From: Cenarchaeum sp.
GTDB lineage: Archaea; Thermoproteota; Nitrososphaeria; Nitrososphaerales; Nitrosopumilaceae
Direction of reading: 5' to 3'
NCBI GenBank assembly: GCA_965242695.1
Contig: CBDESU010000001.1
Coordinates: forward strand, 1,568,001 to 1,632,000
DNA: 64,000 nt
Shown here: positions 21,101 through 30,353 of the stretch, piece by piece
Position numbering within the stretch: the first letter of the stretch is position 1
Layout: the number at the start of each line of letters is the position of its first letter
Notes under the pieces: generated by a model
Seen by the model: the letters and a program-made list of their open reading frames with translations, nothing else
The model's database searches: none
Told to the model about the DNA's origin: nothing
Made by a program: the position numbers and the translations under genes

Positions 21101-22224
21101 ACAAGGGCCGAGCTGCCGGCCGACAGTACGCTCGCGTTGATCGCGCTGCCGGCAGTGGCCGGATCCGGCGCGGCCACAACGCTCTTGACCGCCGGCAGGG
21201 CCACTTCGTGCACCTCTACGTGAAATATCCCCACCATGGCAAGGCGGTGGGCCGAGTCGAATCCAACCCCGGTGGTGCCAGTAATGGGGAATACGAATAC
21301 GGGCAGGGCGCTTGCAAGGCCGGTGGCGACTCCGTCGTCCGTCGTGTTCAGCCTGAACACCTGGACGCGGTTGTTCGCGGAGTCGGCCACCGCCAAGAGG
21401 CGGCCGTCGCTGCTGAACTTGACATCGCGGGGCCGGTCTAACTCCCCCTCGTCGCTGCTTCTCGTCCCCACTGTGCCTATTACAAACACCTCCCGGTGAT
21501 CGTCGCTCATGTTGAGGATGCGGACGGCATTACCAGCACCAGAGGTCCCGGCTTCAGCTAGCGCCAAGAGCCCTCCGCGCCCAACATCCATGCCGTCGGG
21601 TCCGCTGTTAGTCGATCTGGTCAGCGTGCCCTCAAGTGTTCCGTTGGGGTGATAGTATCGTACTATTACACCGTCATCAGCCACGTAGATGCGCCCCTCG
21701 GGGGTGATGGTTATGCCCTTCGGGTTATTCAGACCCGTTACAAAGGTGTGGGAAAACGAACCGTTGGGCAGAAATACCATGACGCGGTTGTTGGGACCGT
21801 CCAATGCAAATATGTGCTGGGTCGAATTCAACTCAACTCCGGTGGCACGATTAAACTGACCTGGTCCACTTCCCTGTACGCCTTCATAGGTGGTCGGGTT
21901 GATGTTTCCTATCCTGTCGACGAGATTGTACTCTCTGTCAAGCACCACCAGCCTGTAATTTCTCTGATCGGCCAGCAACATGCGATCCTCGCGGTCAAAG
22001 GTGACTTCGCGGAGGTATTGGTATTTGTCGAGGCTGCCGGACTTTGACAGCGTGCTGTTGCCGTCATCTTTGAACAGCAGGGTGCCGCTAGGAGCGAACT
22101 CGGGGAGCGACTCATCCGTCTGGGCCGCGGCCTCACCCAGCAGCATGGCCGGCGCCAAGGCGGCCGCCAGCGCAACGGCCGCGGCGCAGACCGCCAAGCG
22201 GGCGGACGTACAGCGCCCGCTCAT
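18184..22224 (-). CDS. Large secreted NHL/Ig-like repeat protein, paralog with one extra repeat
   Basis: Same architecture and C-terminus (..AQCTEP) as 14297-18004; ATG 22224 is equivalent to ATG 18004. Confidence 0.85.
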   Translation of the reverse strand: MSGRCTSARLAVCAAAVALAAALAPAMLLGEAAAQTDESLPEFAPSGTLLFKDDGNSTLSKSGSLDKYQYLREVTFDREDRMLLADQRNYRLVVLDREYNLVDRIGNINPTTYEGVQGSGPGQFNRATGVELNSTQHIFALDGPNNRVMVFLPNGSFSHTFVTGLNNPKGITITPEGRIYVADDGVIVRYYHPNGTLEGTLTRSTNSGPDGMDVGRGGLLALAEAGTSGAGNAVRILNMSDDHREVFVIGTVGTRSSDEGELDRPRDVKFSSDGRLLAVADSANNRVQVFRLNTTDDGVATGLASALPVFVFPITGTTGVGFDSAHRLAMVGIFHVEVHEVALPAVKSVVAAPDPATAGSAINASVLSAGSSALVNVTFNTDLARVNTTAGVPYLALGPERNATLVPYNYSETTRTLQFTYTVQDDDMESDFEHYPDTALRLNGSAITAGPRNVTALTALPWTGPAGGSLLAAHGITFDMEPPVLEAIYSPNASDTYTNGSRIVVALNYSEAVWAVGSDSPSLALNVISEGGGVAAPASYLSGNGTTTLEFSYEVQPGDSAPAGGLRHNGTGALTGGSVVDVAGNAADPDLLAPGDFARPGIMLDTVPPRVFAVNSTTPAGTYGIGRTIDIAVTFGEPVTIMGSPTLALATDPPRSATYVENTDGDAEILFRYEVGAGDSALGGLQYDGTGALGADGTIVDAAGNAANRTLPPPGPLAGQGIWLDAVAPRVVSVESDSPRGTYGIGQTINIAVTFDENVTVTGTPMLALATTPPQSASYVPDTEADDKLLFRYEVQPGDSAPEGLRYDGTGALSTSGDSIADAVGNAANLTLPPPGPLAEQGIWLDAVRPRVLTVESDSLSGTYRAGQSVDIAVTFNEAVTVTGSPVLALATTPSRSALYVPDTDGDAEILFRYEVQADDSAPGGLRHAGAGALSGGSIVDTVGNTADLTLPAPVPLAGIMINTASMGGGSGNQTGGGPGNQTGNAPTVAIGPDWMPDGRGDLADRGPGVNVTIDVSGLPGAGTAGGTVQFPQRGATVSTSFASVSFPPNTTATSVPADGMLVLRVVEAGALPSNSSIQRSLAYDGSGAVALQRVVEVGDENTRIVFDKPVRISLEGQAGGRAFYIAGAGGTITPIDDACGADDSERVHRHLNGTGECRIDSDGDMVIYTYHLTRFGTVSSANDAMPPAYYTCSVALEKPDLRIDDARLEGHSTPVSQKLFNTGSAQFERVEIDATRWQASSGGDAPPDAGVPSLPSSVSMTGNGTASSALVARVDTSLPAGLTEVGEAGRGGAYASVGEGTAVAAGLGGGAFKDLWFKLNLTAYDAVQAETITQSVTYSAQCTEP

Positions 22225-22238
22225 ACCGGCCAGCGGCG

Positions 22239-22329
22239 CCCCCCCCCCCACGAGCCTTCGCGGCGGCACGGGCAGCGCCCGCGGTCAAGCTACACGACAA
22301 CGGGCGTGCGCTCGGCGGGGGGTATTTAA
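22239..22329 (-). promoter_or_regulatory. TATA box, TTG and G11 tract upstream of surface-protein gene B
   Basis: TTAAATAC 22329-22322; TTG 22300; poly-G 22249-22239. Confidence 0.5.
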
Positions 22330-22881
22330 CAATGACGGGCGCAACGCCGTGTTTCATAGCCGCGCGGCAGGCGCCTGCGGCGCAGATGCGCATAGGCGTC
22401 GGAATGAACCCTGCTCAACGCGGCATCGCGCAGGCAGGGATCCCGCCTGCCGATTCTGCCTAGGATCTAGACGGCTTTTTGGCGGTATTGGCCAATCTGC
22501 GAGCGGCCTCTGGCACAGGGGCGCACGGCGAGGGCCTGCACGCCCGCCGCCGGGCCCCGCCTCGACTGCGTCGCCGGCCGCACGGCACAGGGGCGCACGG
22601 CGAGGGCCTGCACCCCGCATCAAGAGCCGGAACGGGCAACCGCTAGCACACTGCCCAGCATTCCTGCGAACCCTCGCAGAGGCCCTCCGCAGGCAAGAAG
22701 ATCCAGGCGCTATGGCCAGGCACTGCGCGCACCCGGGCAGGGGCCGCCGCAGCAGCCGCGCATGGCGCGTCAGGGCGGGCGCCGTAGAGGCGGGCGGCTT
22801 GAAGGCGGATGCGCACGCCCCGGCCTCCCAGCTTCGCGCGCATCCGGCAGGTTGATAAGCCGCCCCCGGCGCGGCCCGGCC

Positions 22882-23184
22882 GTGTCGTCCGAGATTGACG
22901 CCGGCAGGGATGCGTACCTGTTCACGCACGGGAGGTCAGACCTCGAGGAAAAGGCGATCGCCGCCCTCGTCTCGAGGGGCTTTGCCAGGGAAAAGATCAC
23001 GGTTGCGCGCCCCGACAAGGCCGGCCAGCCAGGCGACTACATGGCCATGCTGTGGATGCCCCCGAACCCGGACCACATCAAGGTGCAGAGGATCACCGCG
23101 GTGGAGCCGGCCGAGCCGGTCGGCATGATCGGCGTGTGGAAGGGCGTGAGCAAGGACGACCTGTTTACCGTGCCGCTCGCCTAG
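22882..23184 (+). CDS. Hypothetical protein
   Basis: From GTG 22882, host-like codon usage and globular sequence DAYLFTHGRSDLEEKA...GVWKGVSKDDL. Confidence 0.7.
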   Translation: MSSEIDAGRDAYLFTHGRSDLEEKAIAALVSRGFAREKITVARPDKAGQPGDYMAMLWMPPNPDHIKVQRITAVEPAEPVGMIGVWKGVSKDDLFTVPLA

Positions 23185-23303
23185 CGCCAGAGCGGGCCGG
23201 ACGCGCGCGCATTGCATCGCCCCAGCGGCCGCCTGCCGCGCCGCCCGCCCTCGCCCCGGTCCGCCCGGCGGCGGACTTCCGCGCACCGAGCCGCCCGCCA
23301 GGC

Positions 23304-23564
23304 CTAGCTGAACCCCGCGCCGAACCGGTCGCCCTCCTGCAGGGGATCGGCCGATGCGGGGGCAGACTTTAGCTTTAGGTACAGCAGGGCCTCGTAGACG
23401 AGCTGCTCGGCCTCGGCGCGGCCTGCGACGCCGGGGCGTCCGGCGGCGTCCGCAAAGTACGGATCGAGGCGCGCCGCGTCCTGCTCGTCGGCAGACACGC
23501 CGTCCCGCTCGAGGATGCCGGCCATCCTAGAGACCTCTTCGTCGCCGTACCCCGGTTCGCCCAC
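23304..23564 (-). CDS. Small hypothetical protein
   Basis: Host-like codon usage, helical C-terminus EQLVYEALLYLKLKS. Confidence 0.55.
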   Translation of the reverse strand: MGEPGYGDEEVSRMAGILERDGVSADEQDAARLDPYFADAAGRPGVAGRAEAEQLVYEALLYLKLKSAPASADPLQEGDRFGAGFS

Positions 23565-23956
23565 GCGCGGGCCCCGCCGGCGCCGGTAAATAGGCTTGCG
23601 GAATCCGCGGCAGGATGCCGCGTGCAAAAGGCGGCGGCCCTTGTCAGGGCAGGCGCCAGGCGCCCCTGGACAGCCCCGCAGGGCCCGGCATCATGCGCCC
23701 GTACGCCGGCGCCCTGCGCATGGGCGCGCCAGGGCCGCGCCGGAGCGCCCATTGCGGGGCCGCTCGAAGAGCCTGCCGGTGGGCGCGGGCGTTCGGCCTG
23801 GCGCCCCTGTAGTGCACACCCAACTGCCCCGGGATGCCGCGGACGGCGCCCGCCCGCCTTCCCCCTCCACAACCGCAAGCCCCCGGCTAGCGGTTCCGCC
23901 TAGGCGGCCCGCGGCGCCCTGTACCCGGCTGCCGCCGCGCATGCGCGCGCCAAGAT

Positions 23957-24442
23957 TCACGCATTGGGGCCGATCTTGAGCTTCTTTATTCTCCTGCCGT
24001 CCCGCCTCATCTGCCGCTCCCGATCTATGAGCCATGCGGCGTCTTGGAGGACGGCGTCGCTGGTAATCAGCTTTTGCGACATTGGATCCAGCAATGCTTG
24101 GGCTGCCACGAACGCGTCCGTATTCGTCATTCCCTTGACGTTCGTCATTATCTGACCCGCCAGCTCGGCCGTCTCGGGGTCTGGCGGCGGAAAGCAGGTG
24201 CCGGGATCCGCAACCCCCTCAGCCATCCGCAGCATCTTGCGTACGGGATCCTCCCACTCGCCGGGGCCGTAGTCCCTCATAGCGGTCGTGACCGCCTCGC
24301 CGATGACGATCTGAGGCACCTTTACGTCGTAGTCGCCGGACGCGAGGCGGGCGAAGATGCGAGCCGCCTTCTTCCGGTCGGCAGGCTTTTTCGCCATGAT
24401 CTCCCTCAGACCCCACGTGTCCACGTATGTGACAATGCCCAT
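23957..24442 (-). CDS. PIN-domain (VapC-like) toxin, copy 1
   Basis: YVDT...IVIGE...TDAFVAAQA...LITSD acidic tetrad. Confidence 0.85.
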   Translation of the reverse strand: MGIVTYVDTWGLREIMAKKPADRKKAARIFARLASGDYDVKVPQIVIGEAVTTAMRDYGPGEWEDPVRKMLRMAEGVADPGTCFPPPDPETAELAGQIMTNVKGMTNTDAFVAAQALLDPMSQKLITSDAVLQDAAWLIDRERQMRRDGRRIKKLKIGPNA

Positions 24443-24560
24443 GCCGGCCCCCCCCCCAAACTTGGGTTATTTAACTTATAGGTGTTTTATATAGGTATTT
24501 GGCCATGTCGATTGCCCGCAGTCCAAAGTCTTATAAGGCCTCCGTTGCGCGCGCCCGGCC

Positions 24561-25142
24561 ATGCTAGAAGCGTTCATGCGGTTCCTCATAGACAATGGCC
24601 TGCTCGGCCGCGAGGCCCCGGTCGGCGACGAACAATGGCTTGACGAGCTGACAGTGGTGAGCTCGTGCACGGCCATAGCAGGCAGGCTCGGTCTGGAACA
24701 TGGATACATGTTCAAGGGGCTCTGGTACGGCCCCAGGTCGGAAAGGCTGGAAGACGAGTTCGAGGAGGCGGGGCCGCGTGCGCGCGCCGGGCTCGGCGGG
24801 GCCGCGCCGCCCCTGCCGGCCGGCTTTGACGCGGAGCGGTTCCTGCGGCTGGCAGCCGGCAGGAACCTCAGGTGGCTAGAGGCCGCATCCAACCTGATCC
24901 TGTCGAGCCATTCGCGGCCCAATGCGGAAGAGCTGGCCGAGCTGGTCGGCGGGAACTCGGACGTGTGGCCCATCGAGTACTGCCTCGGCATAGTAGAGGA
25001 GATGACCTCGCCCGACATCGGCATCGTGCTAGACTACGACAAGTACTCGTACGACCGCCCGTGGCAGCCAGAGGTGGCATCGGCGACGCACCGCCCAAGG
25101 ATTGCAGCGGCCCCCCTGGCCACCCCCGCCGCTGCCGGGTAG
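24561..25142 (+). CDS. YwgA/Panacea-like protein, array copy 1
   Basis: LGLEHGYMF..WYGPRS..L and WLEAAS resemble GY.F....YGPYS and WLE..ST of YwgA/SocA-like proteins. Confidence 0.65.
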   Translation: MLEAFMRFLIDNGLLGREAPVGDEQWLDELTVVSSCTAIAGRLGLEHGYMFKGLWYGPRSERLEDEFEEAGPRARAGLGGAAPPLPAGFDAERFLRLAAGRNLRWLEAASNLILSSHSRPNAEELAELVGGNSDVWPIEYCLGIVEEMTSPDIGIVLDYDKYSYDRPWQPEVASATHRPRIAAAPLATPAAAG

Positions 25143-25215
25143 CGGGGCATTCCGGCAGGGTTCTGTCGAGGCGCCACCGCGCAAATCGATATAGGCCCCC
25201 GCTGCGCGCCCGGCC

Positions 25216-25782
25216 ATGTTGCTGGTCGCGTTCATGCGGTTCCTCATAGACAACGGCCTGCTCGGCCGAGAGGCCCCGGTCGGCGACGATCCATGGCTTG
25301 ACGAGCTGACAGTTGTGGGATCCTGCATGGCCATAGCAGGCAGGCTCGGGCTGGAGCACGGGTACATCTTCGATAGTCTCGTGAACGGCGGCCGATCGGA
25401 GAAGATGTGGGACGAGTTTGACGAGGGGGCGGGGCCGCGGGCGCGCGCCGGGCTCGGCGGGGCCGCGCCGCCCCTGCCGGCCGGCTTTGACGCGGAGCGG
25501 TTCCTGCGGCTGGCAGCAGGCAGGGATCTCGAGTGGCTAAAGGCCGCATCCACCCTGATCCTGTCGAGCCATTCGCGGCCCAACGCGGAAGAGCTGGCCG
25601 AGCTGGTCGGCGGGAACTCGGACGTGTGGCCCGTCAAGTACTGCCTCGATATAGTCGGGGAGATGACCGCCCCCGACATCGGCATCGTGCTAGACTACGA
25701 CAAGTACTCGTACCACCGCCCGTGGCAGCCAGAGGTGGCGTCGGCGACGCACCGGCCTCAGTGGTTGAAAATGTGCCCGTAA
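25216..25782 (+). CDS. YwgA/Panacea-like protein, array copy 2; 3' end displaced by IS (remainder 27969-28018)
   Basis: Near-identical to copy 1 up to ...ATHRP, then reads into the IS end. Confidence 0.65.
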   Translation: MLLVAFMRFLIDNGLLGREAPVGDDPWLDELTVVGSCMAIAGRLGLEHGYIFDSLVNGGRSEKMWDEFDEGAGPRARAGLGGAAPPLPAGFDAERFLRLAAGRDLEWLKAASTLILSSHSRPNAEELAELVGGNSDVWPVKYCLDIVGEMTAPDIGIVLDYDKYSYHRPWQPEVASATHRPQWLKMCP

Positions 25783-27968
25783 CTTGACCTACCGCCGTCG
25801 TCTGTCCGCCTCGGGGCGGTATATACCATGGCCGCCTTCGCAGGCATGGCTAGGGACGGCGGCCGGCGGCGGCCGCCACCTGGCGCGGATCGCGGGGCGC
25901 CCGCCCGCGACAGGCCAGCGCACTCTGCCGCGCGGCCGGCGGCCGCGGCCGCGGCCGGCGGCGCGGCGGAAGGGAGCAGGGCCGACCGGCCGGGAACGGG
26001 CAGGATGCGGCGGCAGCGCAGTGCACGGCCAGATGTTGTGCATGGAGTGGAGATCCTGTACGCGGCGCGGCCGCGGCCGCGGCCGCGGCTCCCGGCCGCC
26101 GTGGCCGCCGTGGCGGCTGCGCACGGAGCCCGCCGTCCGCCGTCCGTTGCACAGCGGGACGGGGGGCAGCCTCGGCGGCCGTCGAAAATTCCCCGAGTAT
26201 GAGGGCGAATTTGCGGGGCATGCAGGGCGCCCGGGCCAAAACGCATGCGAAACTCGGCCTGCGAGTTGGGGCCGTGGGAGGGATGAAGCGGCCATCGCGG
26301 CAAAAGCTCGGCGGCTGGCATGCTTGTGCATGAATCGATTTTTTGTCTTGCACTGGTTCGACTTCAGCGAATTGGGCATTGTTAGGAATGAATGTTCTAT
26401 ATATATTTTGCAAGAAAAGATATGCGACGGCGATCCTCGGAACCGGCGTGCGCGGCATGGCGCAAATCGATTCCGTAAAACGGCACAGTAATATTACCAC
26501 CCTGGCGGGCGGGCGCCGTGGACGCGTTTCTGGGGAGAATTGAGGAGCTCGAAGCCGACGTCTCGAGCGTGTTTATGTTTTTCGTGGCAATGATGGCGGC
26601 GTTTGGGTTTCCCCTGTCCGCCCGGTACAATTCGCTGCACGGGCCCATTTCGCTGTGCGCCATCATCGCATCGATGGCATTCACAAAGTCGTGCACCGAG
26701 ACCGCGTCCAAGCTTTTCGCGCTCCGCGTCAAAGACCTGGCGTGGGGCGTCGTCGACGTCAGGTCGCTGCACCTGCCCACATCGCAGTGGGCGCTCAAGA
26801 TGATCGCCGGCCTCGACCACGGCGCGATGGAGGCGGCGTGCAGGGCGGCATTTCGCGCCTGTACAGCCCTGGCCAGGGCGCGCGGGATGATCCCCGCGCG
26901 ACCCCTAGGCATGATAGACGGGCAGAGCTCGGCGTACTACGGGGAAAAGGGCGACATGAAGTACATCACAAGGGGCAAGAGCAAGAACGGCACGACAAAG
27001 TTTCACACGTTCCTGTGCTCCATCATCAGGGCGGGGCAATACCCGCTGCACACGGCAATGTGCCGCATGTGCCCCGGGGTTCCGCTGGAGGAGTACCTCC
27101 GGGACGTGCTCGCGCAGAACCGCGAGGCCGGGATCAGGTGCTCCCACTGGCTCGTCGACAGGCTGTTCTTCAGCGTGGCCGCGATGTACGAGTTCGGCAG
27201 GGTCGACGAGTACTTTCTGATGTACGCGCGCATGACGCCGGGGATCAAGAAGGCGCTCGACGAGTACCTGAGCGGGAAGCGGGCCGCCATGTCCGAGTAC
27301 GTCGTCAGGTCGGGCCGCCGAAAGTTCACAGGAACCCTGGCGTTCGTGGAAAAGACGAGGACGAATAAGAACGGCGAGAGGGAGACGGTCATCCTCCCGA
27401 TCTTTTCGAACCTTCCGCGGGCCCAGCTTGCCGCCGCGATCCGCGACCTGCCGATCGAGATCAAGAAGAGGTGGATACACGAGTCGTCGTTCAGGGTCGC
27501 CACGTTCTCAAAGCCGATGACGACCAGCAACAGCCCCTCGCTCAGGACTTTCTTCTTCGGGATGTCCCTATTCCTCGGCAACATGTCGGTGATAGCGAAC
27601 CACGCAATAGAGGCCCGAAGCCACGCAGAGGGCGGGGAGGTGCCCGTCCCCGAGCCGCCTGCCGACGATCGCCTCGGGGACAAGCGCTGCCTGGCGACCA
27701 AGACAAAGTACAGCATGACATCCAAGGAGTTCCTGAGCCTCCTGGTCTCGGAGGCGGGCAGGCTGCACACCCGGGACAAGAGGGCTCAGGACGACTACAC
27801 CGCCTGGGCGATGGCCAAGAACGCGCACCTGATCCCGCCGCCCGTCCAAGAGCGCCCAATCCTGACGGGGGAGTACGCTTCCGGCATCCCGCGCTGGGCA
27901 TGACGGCGGGCTGGCATACCTTCATAACGGGAAGGTGACAGACCCTGCCGGCACATTTTCAACCACTG
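25759..27968 (+). mobile_element. ISH3-like (IS4 superfamily) insertion sequence, 2210 bp
   Basis: Perfect 19-bp TIR CAGTGGTTGAAAATGTGCC; 5-bp target duplication GGCCT (25754-58, 27969-73); empty site matches array copy 4. Confidence 0.93.
26518..27903 (+). CDS. DDE transposase
   Basis: IDG..AYYG, LVDRLFFSV, KKRWIHESSFR; lies inside the TIRs. Confidence 0.88.
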   Translation: MDAFLGRIEELEADVSSVFMFFVAMMAAFGFPLSARYNSLHGPISLCAIIASMAFTKSCTETASKLFALRVKDLAWGVVDVRSLHLPTSQWALKMIAGLDHGAMEAACRAAFRACTALARARGMIPARPLGMIDGQSSAYYGEKGDMKYITRGKSKNGTTKFHTFLCSIIRAGQYPLHTAMCRMCPGVPLEEYLRDVLAQNREAGIRCSHWLVDRLFFSVAAMYEFGRVDEYFLMYARMTPGIKKALDEYLSGKRAAMSEYVVRSGRRKFTGTLAFVEKTRTNKNGERETVILPIFSNLPRAQLAAAIRDLPIEIKKRWIHESSFRVATFSKPMTTSNSPSLRTFFFGMSLFLGNMSVIANHAIEARSHAEGGEVPVPEPPADDRLGDKRCLATKTKYSMTSKEFLSLLVSEAGRLHTRDKRAQDDYTAWAMAKNAHLIPPPVQERPILTGEYASGIPRWA

Positions 27969-28199
27969 GGCCTAGGATCGCCGCGGCCCCGCTGGCCGCC
28001 CCCGCCGCGGCAGGGTAGCGGGGCATGCAGGCAGAGTCACGTCGAGGCGCCGCCGCGGGTTGTATGCCGTCTGCGGCCGATATGCGCTAGGCGGTCTTCC
28101 CCCCCCCCCCCGCCGTCGGCTGGCGCCTGGTCACGCATGGCGCGTCCGAGGGCAGGCAGGGATCAGCAGGTAGGCGCGCAGGCGCCTTGCAGAGGAAAG

Positions 28200-28870
28200 G
28201 GGGCTTGTCGGGTCGAAAACCATGCGCGGAACGAGCCACTTTGAGGTGTACGTCGTGCCGCATTGTGTCAAGGGGGTGCAGATCGTGGTAGCCCGCCTGC
28301 GCGTCGACGACCTGTCAAACCTTGCAAGGCTCATCCCGTCCTGGCCGACAAGATCAGGGCGCGGGGGATACGCCGTGCTAGGCTGCTCCTTGACAGGGAG
28401 TTCAACGAGGACGGCACGGAGGAGCTGCAAGGACAAGGTTCCGCGGGATCACCTCCTGCCGCAACGCCGAGGCCGTCAAGAAGGCCCACGCCAAGTTTGC
28501 CTAGACCGGAAAGAGGACGCGCGTCGTGCGCATGGCCATCACGGGCAAGGACTGTAGGCAGGTCGAGTACTGGACGTGCATCGAGTCGCGCAAGAAGTGC
28601 GAGAAGGACGGCGAGGACGGCGGCAGAGGCTCGAGGAAGACAGTAGGCCCGAGCCGCACGGGAGGTTCGTCGGGTTCGCGGTCAGCCGGCGATCGGCAAG
28701 GCCCCGCCACTACAAGAAGAGGCGGAGGATCGAGACGCGGTTCAAGATGGTGTAAGACTGGCGGGACAAGACGTCGAGCGCCCTGCCGAACGCCGGCCTT
28801 CTCTGCTTCATCTACTCATGTTCGCCAGCAACGTGTGGGTCGTGATCAATTCCATGTTCTGGTGGCGCCC
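28200..28870 (+). pseudogene. Degraded ISH3-like transposase
   Basis: Fragments in different frames: LLLDREF, TPAVKKA, YKKRRRIETRFK, with stops and frameshifts. Confidence 0.6.
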
Positions 28871-29095
28871 GTCGGACTGCGTTCCGCGGATATCGCCAGC
28901 GGCCGCGCTCTCCATGGGCGTCAGAATGTGGGAAATTTGCGAGCCCAAACCGCCGCCGTGAGGCCCGGAGTTGGGTCGGTTGTCCACCGGCCCGCCTTCC
29001 CGCTGCCGCCGCGCGCGCCCACGGCTGCCGGTTTAGCCCAGGCGGCCCGTGGCGCCCTGGGCCCGGCCGCCGCCTCGCATGCGCCGCGCCTGGAT

Positions 29096-29581
29096 TCACG
29101 CATCGGGGCCGATCTTGAGCCTCTTTATTCTCTTGCCGTCCCGCCTCATCTGCCGCTCCCGTTCTGTGAGCCATGCGGCGTTCTGGAGGACTGAGTCGTT
29201 GGTGATCAACTTTTGCGACATCGGATCCAGCAATGTCTGGGCTGCCACGAACGCGTCCGTCCTTGTCATTCCCTCGACGTTTGCCATTATCTCAGCCGCC
29301 AGCTCGGCCGCCTCGGGGTCCGGCGGCGGAAAGCAGGTGCCGGGATCCGCTACCCTCTCGACCTCCCGCAGCATCTTGCGTACTGGCTCCTCCCACTCGC
29401 CGGGTCCATAGTCCCTCATCGCGGTCGTGACCGCCTCGCCGATGACGATCTGAGGCACCTTTACGTCGTAGTCGCCAGACTCGAGCCGGGCGAATATGTG
29501 GGCTACCCTCTTTCGGTCGGTGGGCTTTTTCGCCAAGAACTCTCTCAGCCCCCATGTATCCACGTATGTGACAATGCCCAT
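29096..29581 (-). CDS. PIN-domain (VapC-like) toxin, copy 2
   Basis: 161-aa close paralog of 23957-24442. Confidence 0.85.
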   Translation of the reverse strand: MGIVTYVDTWGLREFLAKKPTDRKRVAHIFARLESGDYDVKVPQIVIGEAVTTAMRDYGPGEWEEPVRKMLREVERVADPGTCFPPPDPEAAELAAEIMANVEGMTRTDAFVAAQTLLDPMSQKLITNDSVLQNAAWLTERERQMRRDGKRIKRLKIGPDA

Positions 29582-29695
29582 GTCGCCCCCTCAAATTTGG
29601 GTTATTTAACTTATAGGGGCTTTATATACGGCATATGGTCACGTCGATCGCCCGCGGACCAAAGTCTTATAAAGCCCCCGTTGCGCGCCCCGGCC

Positions 29696-30277
29696 ATGCT
29701 GGAGGCGTTCATGCGGTTCCTCATAGACAACGGCCTGCTCGGCCGCGAGGCCCCGGTCGGCGACGATCCATGGCTTGACGAGCTGACAGTGGTGAGCTCC
29801 TGCATGGCCATAGCAGGCAGGCTCGGGCTGGAGCACGGGTACGTGTTCACCAGTCTCTGGCATGGTGCCCAATCGGAGAGGATGTGGGACGAGTTTGACG
29901 AGGGGGCGGGGCCGCGGGCGCGCGCCGGGCTCGGAGGGGCCGCGCCGCCCCTCCCTGCCGGCTTTGACGCGGAGCGGTTCCTGCGGCTGACGGCCGGCAA
30001 GGACCTCGAGTGGCTAAAGGCCGCATCCAACCTGATCTTGTCGAGCCATGCGCGGCCCAACGCGGAAGAGCTGGCCGAGCTGGTCGGCGGGAACTCGGAC
30101 GTGTGGCCCGTCAAGTACTGCCTCGACATAGTCGAGAAGATGACCTCGCCCGACATTGGCATCGTCCTAGACTACGACAAGTACTCGTACGACGACCCGT
30201 GGCAGCCAGAGGTGGCGTCGGCGACGCACCGGCCCAGGATCGCCGCGGCTCCCCTGGCCCCGGCCGCGGCAGGGTAG
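29696..30277 (+). CDS. YwgA/Panacea-like protein, array copy 3
   Basis: Starts MLEAFMRF at 29696; paralog of copy 1. Confidence 0.65.
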   Translation: MLEAFMRFLIDNGLLGREAPVGDDPWLDELTVVSSCMAIAGRLGLEHGYVFTSLWHGAQSERMWDEFDEGAGPRARAGLGGAAPPLPAGFDAERFLRLTAGKDLEWLKAASNLILSSHARPNAEELAELVGGNSDVWPVKYCLDIVEKMTSPDIGIVLDYDKYSYDDPWQPEVASATHRPRIAAAPLAPAAAG

Positions 30278-30353
30278 CAGGACATGCCGACAGAGTCCCG
30301 CCGAGGCCCCGCCGCGCAAACCGATATAGCCCACCCCGCCGCGCGGCCCGACC

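Noticed and set aside
22512-22612. 30-bp direct repeat x2
   Set aside because: Only two copies in GC-rich intergenic DNA, with no supporting structure
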